NCBI GenBank assembly: GCA_963764725.1
Contig: CAVXTM010000005.1
Span: forward strand, 101,009-165,008
Reading direction: 5' to 3'
DNA from: an uncultured Gammaproteobacteria bacterium
Lineage (GTDB): Bacteria; Pseudomonadota; Gammaproteobacteria; JACCXJ01
DNA length: 64,000 nt
The notes beneath the pieces are model-generated. The model worked only from the letters and a program-made list of their open reading frames with translations, was not told the origin of the DNA and searched no databases. Both the position numbers and the translations under genes were made by a program. This document shows, in pieces, positions 55,497 to 64,000 of this stretch; within the stretch, counting starts at the first letter, position 1, and each line of letters starts with the position of its first letter.

Positions 55497-55775
55497 ATGA
55501 TACGGAGTTTTCGACACAAGGGGCTGAAACGGCTTTTTGAGAACGACGACCGCAGCAAGGTTAGCGCTGAGGACGTGGACAAGCTGGCCCGCATCCTCGC
55601 CCGTTTGAATCGGTCCCGTGTGCCGGAGGACATGGCAGCTCCCGGCTTCCGGCTTCACCTCCTGAAAGGGGATCGAAAAGGCTTTTGGGCTGTCACCGTA
55701 AGGGCTAACTGGCGCATCGTTTTCAGGATTGAGAACGGCGACGCCTGTGACGTTGATTTAATCGACTACCACTAG
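55497..55775 (+). CDS. higB: HigB (RelE/ParE superfamily) toxin
   Basis: MIRSFRHKGLKRLF, PG.RLH.LKG, V.ANWRI.F, DYH. Confidence 0.93.
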   Translation: MIRSFRHKGLKRLFENDDRSKVSAEDVDKLARILARLNRSRVPEDMAAPGFRLHLLKGDRKGFWAVTVRANWRIVFRIENGDACDVDLIDYH

Positions 55776-55784
55776 GAGGACACC

Positions 55785-56096
55785 ATGCGTATGAAGAACC
55801 CGCCCCATCCCGGCAAGCATGTGAAGCTGGATTGCCTTGAGCCTTTGGGCCTGAGCATCACGAAGGGAGCCGAGATTTTGGGCGTTACCCGCTTGACCCT
55901 GAGCAATCTCGTGAACGGCAAGAACGGCATCAGCCCGGAAATGGCGCTGCGCCTTTCCAAGGCTTTTGGCGGCAGCCCCGAAGTATGGCTTGGGATGCAG
56001 ATGGACTATGACCTGGCACAAGCGGAGAAGAACGCCCCGAAGCTGAAAGTTACGAGGGTATGGCCGCAAGGCAAGCTGGAGCCGGTCAGCCCGTAG
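55785..56096 (+). CDS. higA: HigA antitoxin
   Basis: PPHPG, HTH, ISPEMALRL...FG.SPE.WL.MQ..YDL. Confidence 0.94.
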   Translation: MRMKNPPHPGKHVKLDCLEPLGLSITKGAEILGVTRLTLSNLVNGKNGISPEMALRLSKAFGGSPEVWLGMQMDYDLAQAEKNAPKLKVTRVWPQGKLEPVSP

Positions 56097-56409
56097 CGTT
56101 CTAAAAGCACCGTCTAAACAGGGTGCGCCCGGATCAGTTCGTGAACTGAATGTATAATCAATACCATCTGGTTCAACGCCGATGTGCATCGCTACTCAAG
56201 TTCCACCTAACAGCGCCGCGTGATCGAAGGCCGCCTCCACCGCGCTGTTGATCTCCGGAAAATGCTGAACCGTCCGCGGCGCCCACACGCCTGAAGCCGC
56301 CCTGGTTATGGGTATAGGGTATAGACTTTTAAACGCCCTTCGTCAACAAGAAAAGTACCGCTGGGCCCTGTGGGCTATCAAACACGCGAAATCTCGGTCC
56401 AGAATTGGA

Positions 56410-56749
56410 AATTTTACTGATGGTCACCTCGGGCTATGCATCGCTGCCTGCTCGTCGCGCCCCTGTCTACTCGGCCACCAAGGCCGGTCTACGCGCGTTT
56501 ACCCGCGCCCTTCGCTATCAGCTCGAGGGTAGCGGGATCCGTGTGGTTGAAACCTTACCCCCCATCGTCGATACGCCGCTGACCGCCAATATTCGCGGAC
56601 GTAAGATGAGCCCTGCAGCGGTGGTCGATGCGAAGCTACGCGCGATCGAGCGCGGTCGAGACGAGGTGTTCGTCGGCCAGGTAAGATATCTCCCCTGGCT
56701 CATGCGCCTGGCACCCGGCCTGGCAGCACACCTTGTGGCCAACTCTTGA
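56410..56749 (+). pseudogene. SDR oxidoreductase C-terminal fragment
   Basis: VTSG, YSATKA, PP.VDT; Rossmann N-terminus missing. Confidence 0.8.
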
Positions 56750-56868
56750 ACGGGTAGCGCTCCTCCTGCGGAGAGTGCCGGTCGCGATGCGCTGAACAAT
56801 GGACCGCATGAGAAGGGCCGGATTCGGATAATAGGGATTCGCCTGGACCGCTCATCATGGCTTCTAGT

Positions 56869-57705
56869 CTACGCAAGGGTGACTTCGGGCGGCGTCGGCT
56901 TTTGCATTAGCCAGTCCTTGGTAAGGCAGGCTTTAACCAGCGCAAGCAGATCCTGGAAATCGGACACGACAGCATCGGGCTTGTGTGGGTGCTCGGGCGT
57001 CACGGGAAAAATCTGCGCCAGCCACTGGGGGCTCCAGGCAGCGCCATTATAGAAAACGTTGGTGATGCCAGCGGTCTTCGCGGCCACCGTGTCCGTGGTG
57101 CTGTCTCCCACATACCAGCAATCCGGACCGGGCTTTCGCTTGAGATTCGAAAGCGCTTTGAGGATCACATCCGGTGCGGGCTTTCTCTTGCCGCAGGCAT
57201 CGCCGCCGACCACGGTAGAGAACTGCTCGCGCCAAGCGCCGGAATCCACCACATCCAGCTCGTGGTCCAGGAATTCCCGCTTGCGATTGGTACACACACC
57301 CAGTATCAAGCCCAGCCCCTTAAGCTCCTGCAGTACTTGCGCGATACTCTCCTCAAACGGGTGAACCTCACCGTAATGGGTGCGGTAGTGGCGATCGAAC
57401 TCCTCGTGCGCAGAGTGCTTGGCTTGCTCATCCCGACCGAAAAGGACCTCGAAGAGATCCGTGCGCGAGACCTTTTTCTCCGCCTCCACCTTTGGATGCA
57501 ATCGCTGGAGCTCTCGCACGTAGGCGACCAGCTTCGCATCCTCGGCATTCTTGCTCTCCCCCGGTGGGGTCAAGTGATCGATGAGCCCTAAATCGACGAT
57601 GTTAGCCAGCATATCATCGATGGCGTGATAGACGGCATCGAGGGTGTCGACCAAGGTGGCATGCCAATCAAACAGAATCACCGTTGGGGATGCAAGCGTA
57701 GGCAT
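56869..57705 (-). CDS. HAD-family hydrolase
   Basis: LFDWHATLVDT, TN, KP.PD, VGDS.TD. Confidence 0.88.
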   Translation of the reverse strand: MPTLASPTVILFDWHATLVDTLDAVYHAIDDMLANIVDLGLIDHLTPPGESKNAEDAKLVAYVRELQRLHPKVEAEKKVSRTDLFEVLFGRDEQAKHSAHEEFDRHYRTHYGEVHPFEESIAQVLQELKGLGLILGVCTNRKREFLDHELDVVDSGAWREQFSTVVGGDACGKRKPAPDVILKALSNLKRKPGPDCWYVGDSTTDTVAAKTAGITNVFYNGAAWSPQWLAQIFPVTPEHPHKPDAVVSDFQDLLALVKACLTKDWLMQKPTPPEVTLA

Positions 57706-57954
57706 AGCAAGCTAATACTACAAGAAGTTACTCCGAGAGCTACTGTTCGCCCGTTGACGATCGTGCCCCGGCAGCGGTCTCAGCCGAGCCCGGCGTCATT
57801 GCTCGTTTGCTGCGTGTTCCTCTGCCGGTCGCACTTGAACAACTGGCTCAGCATGCGTGTATTCGTCCACCCACTGGGAAGGGCGTCGGTCTCCGGCGAT
57901 GGTCGATCCTGGCTCTATGCTTTCCCCGTATTCCGCCGCCTCTCCACCAAAAAT

Positions 57955-59033
57955 CTAGTTGCGCTGGTATGTCCCGATTAGTTGCACCTGGCCGAGGATA
58001 TGATCCCGCATCGCGTATTCCAGGGCTGCCGCAGTCGGGTTGCCGAGATCGGGCAACACCACATCGAGCGCATAGAGCTTGTGGAAGTAGCGATGGCGGC
58101 CGATCGGCGGGCAGGGCCCCCCGTACCCCGTGCGCTTCCAGTCGTTTAACCCCTCGCGTGTGCCGGACGGCAGATCGCGCAGAGCGACCGCCTCCGGGAG
58201 CCCGGCGACGGTCGGCGGAAGGTTGTAGAGCACCCAGTGCACCCAGGTCATCTTCGGGGCTGCCGGATCGGGGGCGTCAGGGTCGTCGAGGATGAGGGCC
58301 AGGCTTTTCGTTTCCGAGGGAATTCCGGTCCAGGCCAATGGCGGTGAGATTGTATTGCTCCGATTTCCCCGGACACGATGTAAAGTTAGACATGAGGTTT
58401 GTGGCGTGAAGGGGAACGGCTATGGGCAAGAAATCGGAAATGAGCGTTGAACAACGTACGCAACTGGTGGTGCGGATGCTGAGCAAGGAGGAGCCGGCGG
58501 CGCAGATTGCGCGGCGGGCGGGGATTGCCGAGGCGACGCTGTACCGCTGGCGTGATGAGTTCATCAATGCTGGCAAGCGGGCGCTGAATGGAGGTGGCGG
58601 ACGCTGGCGGCCAAGGAGAGTGCACGGCTGAATGCGCAACTGGCCGAGCGTGACCAGGTGATTGGCGAGCTGACCATTGCCAATCGCATTTTAAAAAAAC
58701 TCTCGGGCGGCTCGCCCTGAGTGCCGAGTTCCGTGCCATGGTCACCCAACTGATTGAAACGGCGGAATCCCCGGTGCGGCTGAAGCGGTTGCCTGATACC
58801 GGTGAACACTCTCACAAAATCAGGTCGGACGTGTCCAGTTGATTTCGGAGCCAAGACAAGATGTCTTTGCCGTCGCAGGTGTATGCTTGGGGGATGGTGC
58901 CGTTGTGGGTGAAGGCCGACGAAGTCAGTGACAGGCTCATGGGTTTTGCCTCCTTCTCACCCGCCAGGCCATGGGCCACCAGCGCGAGCAGGCACAGCGT
59001 GACGATGATGAATCCGATCGCGGACCGATGCAT
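57955..59033 (-). pseudogene. YbhB/YbcL (Raf kinase inhibitor-like) gene split by a mini-IS
   Basis: Rejoined ...YTCDGKDI-SPPLAW...; DDPDAP, WVHWV, GP.PP.G.HRY. Confidence 0.9.
58351..58858 (+). mobile_element. 508-bp internally deleted IS3-family element (orfA only)
   Basis: TIR TGTATTGCTCCGA..GGACAC / TGTCTTGGCTCCGA..GGACAC; 4-bp TSD AGAT; HTH TLYRWR; A7 frameshift motif. Confidence 0.88.
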
Positions 59034-59603
59034 GGAACACGTTCCCTCCTTGCCTGCGGGATTTGCCGTTGCCATCATAGACAGCGTGCCGCAGTTCCTC
59101 AAGGCAGAGGTGCAGAATTGTGTTTGCCTTATGCAGCCAAGGCCAGAGTCATGGCGCTGGCGGAACGAGTGCCGCTACCGTTGGCATGCTGCACTTGCCG
59201 CGGTAGCGAGACCAACCCAGTCAGATCAGCCTCGCATGGCCATCTGTACCGCGGTGTCGGTGTTCCACCTGTGTCCTCCCACACGGTTCCACCGTTTCGC
59301 TGTATTAACGATGCACCTTGTTTACCGCATCATGTTCTGCGCAAGCAGCCGTCCAAAAATTACGGAGATAGGTGCCGCGTTTCGCAAGCTTTCAATCTTT
59401 AGACTGAGTGTGAAGCCCGACGGCACTCGCATAGAACTCTACAGCCTTATCAAGGTCGTCGACGTCAATGTTGATTAGTAGCTTCATCGTTGTCACTGGA
59501 TACACACCCGGGTCACAGTAGGGCGTCGGACTGCCTGGGCGCACGTGAAGGTTGCGGGTCGCTCCTTTGGTGTTGGACGGTCGGTCCTACACCTACCATC
59601 CTA

Positions 59604-60428
59604 TTAATGCCATGCGGCGGGATCCACCCGGTAGTAGTCCCGCAGCGCCGCGTAGAGCGCAGGGTGCTCTCTAGACAGGCGTTCCGGCTGTTCGAAGAAG
59701 GACTCTGTGGCCACGGCGAAGAACTCGCCGGCGTCCTCGGCGCCGTAGTGGGCCATGACCGTCGCCTCCCCGCGCGACGCCTTGTCGCGCAGCGTTCGGA
59801 ACTCACTGCCCAGCACTTCCGCCCACATCCGGTAACGGGCTACGCTGTCGAGCACCGGCGTCCCGTCTGCGATCCCGTCCTCCTGGTCCAGTTGGTGGGC
59901 GAACTCATGGAGGACGACGTTCTCACCCTCAAAGCGATCCCCTGCATCACCCTCCACCTCGTCCCAGGCGATGATCACCCGACCCACCTCCCAGGACTCC
60001 CCGATACGAGGCTCACGACGAGTCGTACAGACCCCCGCCTCGTCTACCAGTTCGCGGTTGACGATGAAGGCCGAAGGGTAGACCAGGATCGATTGGAGCT
60101 TTCTATAGTTATCGGTCTTGCGGTTCAGTATGAGAAGACAGGCCTGCGCAGCGATGAGCACCCGTATCGCTTCACTGATCTCCAACCCACCACAGCCGTA
60201 GAAGCGCTTCTCGGCGAGGAAGACCGGGATATGTCGCCGCAGTTCTTGTCTTAAGAGCTCAGGCATCCGCGGGTAGAAGCGCAGACGTTCGAACAGGATT
60301 CTCTCCCACTCCGCGGGAAAAGGGGTCCGTTGCAGGCGCTGGCGGCGCCGAGCCTTGAGCACCGGCGGGCCGAGCAGGAAGGTGGCCAACAGTGCGCCCA
60401 TGAGGAAAAGGGGGATCAGCGGTTCCAT
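59604..60428 (-). CDS. M90-family zinc metallopeptidase (MtfA-like)
   Basis: IAAQAC, YP..F, GESW, NVVLHEFAHQLD, EFFAVATE.FFEQP. Confidence 0.92.
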   Translation of the reverse strand: MEPLIPLFLMGALLATFLLGPPVLKARRRQRLQRTPFPAEWERILFERLRFYPRMPELLRQELRRHIPVFLAEKRFYGCGGLEISEAIRVLIAAQACLLILNRKTDNYRKLQSILVYPSAFIVNRELVDEAGVCTTRREPRIGESWEVGRVIIAWDEVEGDAGDRFEGENVVLHEFAHQLDQEDGIADGTPVLDSVARYRMWAEVLGSEFRTLRDKASRGEATVMAHYGAEDAGEFFAVATESFFEQPERLSREHPALYAALRDYYRVDPAAWH

Positions 60429-60454
60429 ACAACAGCGGCTTAGCGCTGCTCGGC

Positions 60455-61460
60455 TCAGTGCACCTCCAAGGCCTCCACGCGGCCCGAGACCGAGAGCCCG
60501 GGATGCGTGCCGCCGCCGATCACGTAGAGGACGTTACCCACGACCGCCGCGGCGAGGCCATGCCGGGCCGTCGGTAAGGGGGGCAGGCTCAGCCAGCGGT
60601 TGCTCTCTGGATCAAAGGCTTCGACCTCCGCGTGGGTCGCGCTCGGACGCTCTCCACCCACTACGACGAAAAGCCCGTCGAAGGCCGCCCCCGCCACCCC
60701 GCCGCGAGCAGTGGGCATGTTCGCTCCCACGTTCCAGGTGTCAGCCGTCGGATCGTAGACCTCGAGCGTGGCCAGGTTCTTCGAGAAGCTCTGCTCGCGC
60801 CCGCCGCCGAGGTAGAGCCGGCCGTGCAGTGCGGCGGCCGCCAGGTGGTCCCGGCGGGTCGGCGCCGGCCGCCGTTCCTCCCAGTGGTCCGCTACGGTGT
60901 CGTAGACGTAAAGCTCATTCGCGAGCCCCTCGGGCCCTACGCCGCCGACGAGATAGAGTTTGCCGCCGAGCGCGGCCGCGGCCATGGCCCCTCGCGCCGC
61001 CGGCAGCGGGGCCACTGGCCTCCAAGACGTAGTCCGTGCATCCAGCGCGTAGACCTCGGCATGGGGTTCGAAGCTCGAACCGGTGTAACCGCCCAGCGCG
61101 TAGAGGGCGTCGCCCGCTGTGACGGCCACTATGTGGTGGCGGGGCGCCGGCAGGTCGGGGCCAGCGGTCCAAAGCCCGCTGGCAGGATCGTAGATCTCGA
61201 CGGTCGCGACCGTCCGGCCGAGGCCATCGAATCCTCCAATCACATAGATCTTGCCCGCGAGCACCGCCGCGGCGATCTCCGGTGCGGGGTGTCGGCATGG
61301 CCGTGCTTACACCCCAGGTGTAGGTGCGCACCCGCCCTGCGCGTTCGATAGTCGCAGGCCGCGGGATCTGGGCCGAGACGCCAACCCCACGCACGTAGTA
61401 GAGATAGGCCGCGCCCCCTATCAAGAGCAGCAGCACCGCGATGGCCGTCAGCTTGCGCAT
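60455..61460 (-). CDS. Membrane-anchored Kelch-repeat protein; 1-bp frameshift near 61280
   Basis: Six GG..Y.P...W....P..R repeats; N-terminal TM lies in the upstream frame. Confidence 0.85.
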
Positions 61461-61533
61461 GCCATGAGTTTAGCGCAGGGCGCCGCCCCCTGACGACTCG
61501 GTGGAAGGACGGACCGCCGGTCTTCGTTGGAGG

Positions 61534-62000
61534 CTAACCGGCACTCAGATCACGCGCCATGCGGATCGCGGCTTCAATGCCCTGATAATAGCGAGGGACG
61601 TGAGCGACAGAGCGATATCCCAGCGCTTGGTAGAAGGCGCGGGCACCCGGTTACTGGCGCGCACTTCCAGATAGACAACGAAGCTACCGGCCACCGTGCA
61701 GGATTCCTCAAGCCATCGAACGAGACGTCGGCCGAGGCCTGCACGACGGTAGCTCGGGTCTACTGCTAACAGACTCAAATGCGCCTCCTCTTCAAGGAAT
61801 TCCATGATGGCAAAGCCCCGCATCCGAGGGCCATCATGTGCGCTCAAGACGACCGTATCAGGACACTGAATCGATCGTCTCACTCGATCCGGTGTCCACG
61901 ACCAACCGAGGCCCACCTCAACGAGGTCGCGTGACATGCAAGCGATTGGCTCGGCATCAGCGAGTGCCGCTAAATGCAGTGTGGGGCTCTGGCATTTCAT
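61534..62000 (-). CDS. RimI-like GNAT acetyltransferase; 1-bp frameshift near 61646
   Basis: [18 protein letters not shown]; shifted frame gives A.AFYQALGY...YY.G.E.A.RM. Confidence 0.85.
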
Positions 62001-63181
62001 TCCAATCTACCGTTGGGTATCCGGTGCGGCGGGTCATGGCTCATATCGCGGTCTCCGTCAGGGCAGACAGCGGGCGTACTGAGCTCGGCAACGTACCGCG
62101 AGGGCCTAAGCGACGCGACCCTGATCCCGAGCAAGCGTAGTTTTCGATCGAGCGCTACCCGCTGAAGACAGGTTCGCGCTGCAGCTCGGATGGTCTCCGG
62201 ATCCGCCGTCGCTTCCTCTAGCGTGACGTCGCGGGTCACGGTCCGGAAATCATCATAGCGGAGTTTGATACCGATGGTCTTCCCGAGGTAACTCTTACGG
62301 CCGAGATCGCCACTGACGCGCTGGCACAGCCCCAGCAGGATGTTGGACAGGGCCGCTCGGTCACGCTTCGGATGCAAATCGTGTTCGAAGGTGGTTTCGC
62401 AACTAATGGACTTGGGCTCTCGGCGGGTGACCACCGGGCGTTCATCGCGTCCGTGGGCGGCGTCCGTCAGCCAAGTCCCGTAGTGCAGGCCAAACCTCGC
62501 TACCAGCATTGCGGGATCCGTGTGGGCCAAGTCGCCAACGGTGTGAATACCGAGTGCAGCGAGCTTCGCATTCGCCTTCGGGCCGATGCCGCTGATGCTC
62601 CGCGCCGGCAGCGGCCAGATACGGGTGGGGAGATCCGCATAGGAAAGTACCGTCAATCCGTCCGGTTTCTGCAGCTCCGAGGCGAGCTTGGCGAGGAGCT
62701 TATTGGGTGTGATCCCGATTGAGCAAGACAAACCGGTTGCGCGTCGCACCTTGCTCTTGATGCGCTGCGCGAGTTCAACGGTGTCACCGGGAAGCTTGGT
62801 CAGATCGATATAAATCTCGTCGATGCCACGGTCTTCAATTTCCGGTGCGATTTCGGCGACGGCCGCTTTGAACAAGCGAGAGTAATGTCGATATTGTTCG
62901 AAGTCCGCCGGTAGCAAGATCGCATCCGGCGCGAGCCTGGCGGCTTTCATGATGCCCATGCCTGAGTGGACGCCGAATGCCCGCGCCTCATAGGTCGCGG
63001 TGGTGACGACACCTCGCCCAACATAATCACGAAGGCGAGGAAAGTTGTCCCCCGTCCAGAGGTGCCCGTGATGCCGACCGCCAATCACCACTGGCAAGCC
63101 TCTCAATTGTGGATACCGCAAGAGCTCCACCGATGCATAAAAGGCATCCATGTCCAGATGGGCGACTCGTCGCTGCATCAA
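61997..63181 (-). CDS. dinB: DNA polymerase IV
   Basis: HLDMDAFYASVE, TYEAR.FG, GIDE, NKLLAKLAS...KPDG, RLLGIR. Confidence 0.96.
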   Translation of the reverse strand: MMQRRVAHLDMDAFYASVELLRYPQLRGLPVVIGGRHHGHLWTGDNFPRLRDYVGRGVVTTATYEARAFGVHSGMGIMKAARLAPDAILLPADFEQYRHYSRLFKAAVAEIAPEIEDRGIDEIYIDLTKLPGDTVELAQRIKSKVRRATGLSCSIGITPNKLLAKLASELQKPDGLTVLSYADLPTRIWPLPARSISGIGPKANAKLAALGIHTVGDLAHTDPAMLVARFGLHYGTWLTDAAHGRDERPVVTRREPKSISCETTFEHDLHPKRDRAALSNILLGLCQRVSGDLGRKSYLGKTIGIKLRYDDFRTVTRDVTLEEATADPETIRAAARTCLQRVALDRKLRLLGIRVASLRPSRYVAELSTPAVCPDGDRDMSHDPPHRIPNGRLE

Positions 63182-63222
63182 ACCGCCGATGGGGTGAGGG
63201 GGGTAGCGCGGAGATCAATAGA

Positions 63223-64000
63223 CTAGCTGCTTGCGTTTATCCGCTCAATCAAGCGTGCTTGACGGCGATGGTGTTGCCGATCATCGGCTTGTACCTGCAA
63301 GAGTCGGCTGCTCCATAGCAAGGCCGTCCGAGGATCCCGGCGCACGTGTTCATAGTACTTCGCTAAGCGTTCCATCGCTAGGGCATGATCCTCATGAGCA
63401 AGTCGCGTCCAGATCTGCACGGCCTCCCGCCAAAGCCGGCGTTGCCGATGCAAATCGGCCAGCTCCATGAGCCCCGCCGCATCAAGTTCGTCGGCTCGGC
63501 CGCATAAGTCCTGATAAGCAATCGCTTCGTGACCTCGTTGGCGGAAACCGCGCGCGATGGCGTGCGGATCGGACTCCCCATATCCGGGTTCGGCGTAGAC
63601 GCGGACCAACGTGGAGAGTAAGCCCGTCAGCGTTATCAAATCCAGCAAGTTGTGATGGAGGATGCGCGGCACCTCGGTGAATGCGCCCGAGCGTACAAAC
63701 GCGGCCCATGCCTCGGGCACAAGGTGGCCCGGCAAATCATCTTCTCGTTCAAAGGCGAGCAATTCGCGTTCGGCGGTCTGCAGACGGCGATCGGGCCAAC
63801 GGCTCCCGAAGGCGCGGCGCGTGGGATGCAAGAGATCCAGGTGTTTTATTACTGAAAGGGGTTCCGCGAGGTGCGCTAGGCGGTAACGCGTGGTGAGGAG
63901 TGGTACATCGAAGGCCTTACCGTTGAAACTCACCAAATGCCGTGCCTGGCCATACCAGCTACATGCATCTTCCAGTAAAGTGGCTTCGCCCCGAAAGCCC
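63223..64000 (-). CDS. YprB/MrfB-like RNase H-fold exonuclease with a TPR tail; 5' end off the window
   Basis: SFNGKAFD.P.L, HLDLLH, HN..D, LAKYYEH. Confidence 0.88.
   Translation of the reverse strand, partial: GFRGEATLLEDACSWYGQARHLVSFNGKAFDVPLLTTRYRLAHLAEPLSVIKHLDLLHPTRRAFGSRWPDRRLQTAERELLAFEREDDLPGHLVPEAWAAFVRSGAFTEVPRILHHNLLDLITLTGLLSTLVRVYAEPGYGESDPHAIARGFRQRGHEAIAYQDLCGRADELDAAGLMELADLHRQRRLWREAVQIWTRLAHEDHALAMERLAKYYEHVRRDPRTALLWSSRLLQVQADDRQHHRRQARLIERINASS

Noticed and set aside
59100-59480. Structured RNA or ORF upstream of ybhB
   Set aside because: Only short stems and motif-less ORFs; nothing I can support.
14459-62000. Single-base frameshifts in the MBL, Kelch and RimI-like genes and in several transposases, as programmed recoding or true pseudogenes
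   Set aside because: Several fall in short homopolymers, and IS1380 copy 1 differs from copy 2 by two isolated 1-bp insertions. Long-read consensus error is more likely; needs read-level checking.

Overview
GC-rich bacterial window, most likely a gammaproteobacterium (gene order algH-yqgF-pyrR-pyrB-pyrC'). Bases 1-5.3 kb (pyrimidine operon, SorAB-type sulfite dehydrogenase) and about 56.8-64 kb (HAD, YbhB, MtfA, Kelch, RimI-like, dinB, YprB-like) look like backbone. Between them is a ~50 kb accretion island. It holds four co-oriented tRNA 3'-half att-like sites with IHF boxes and no integrase, dispersed integron-type attC cassettes, a group IIC intron remnant, two TA pairs (HicAB, HigBA) and a metal-homeostasis cluster (CorA operon, RcnR-like/DmeF, SBP-less NitT/TauT ABC pair, MntP). 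It also holds many IS elements (IS1182 x2, IS256, IS1380 x2, IS1634, ISKra4-like x2, IS481-like, IS3, IS110, IS91 and IS6 remnants), several delimited to the base by terminal repeats and target duplications. Three observations stand out. (1) A 1,619-bp element with no terminal inverted repeats encodes a 503-aa protein with Rep_trans-like motifs; it splits a gene at CTAA and its removal restores the reading frame. (2) An unannotated 16-aa leader peptide (MDSSSSRSCIETTLAR) with mutually exclusive hairpins precedes the CorA operon. (3) An MgtL-like Pro-rich leader (MKPEDPDPYTRIRTA) precedes the SBP-less ABC transporter, hinting at Mg2+-responsive uptake. Many isolated 1-bp frameshifts probably reflect long-read consensus errors. 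All family assignments come from motif recognition only; no database search was run.
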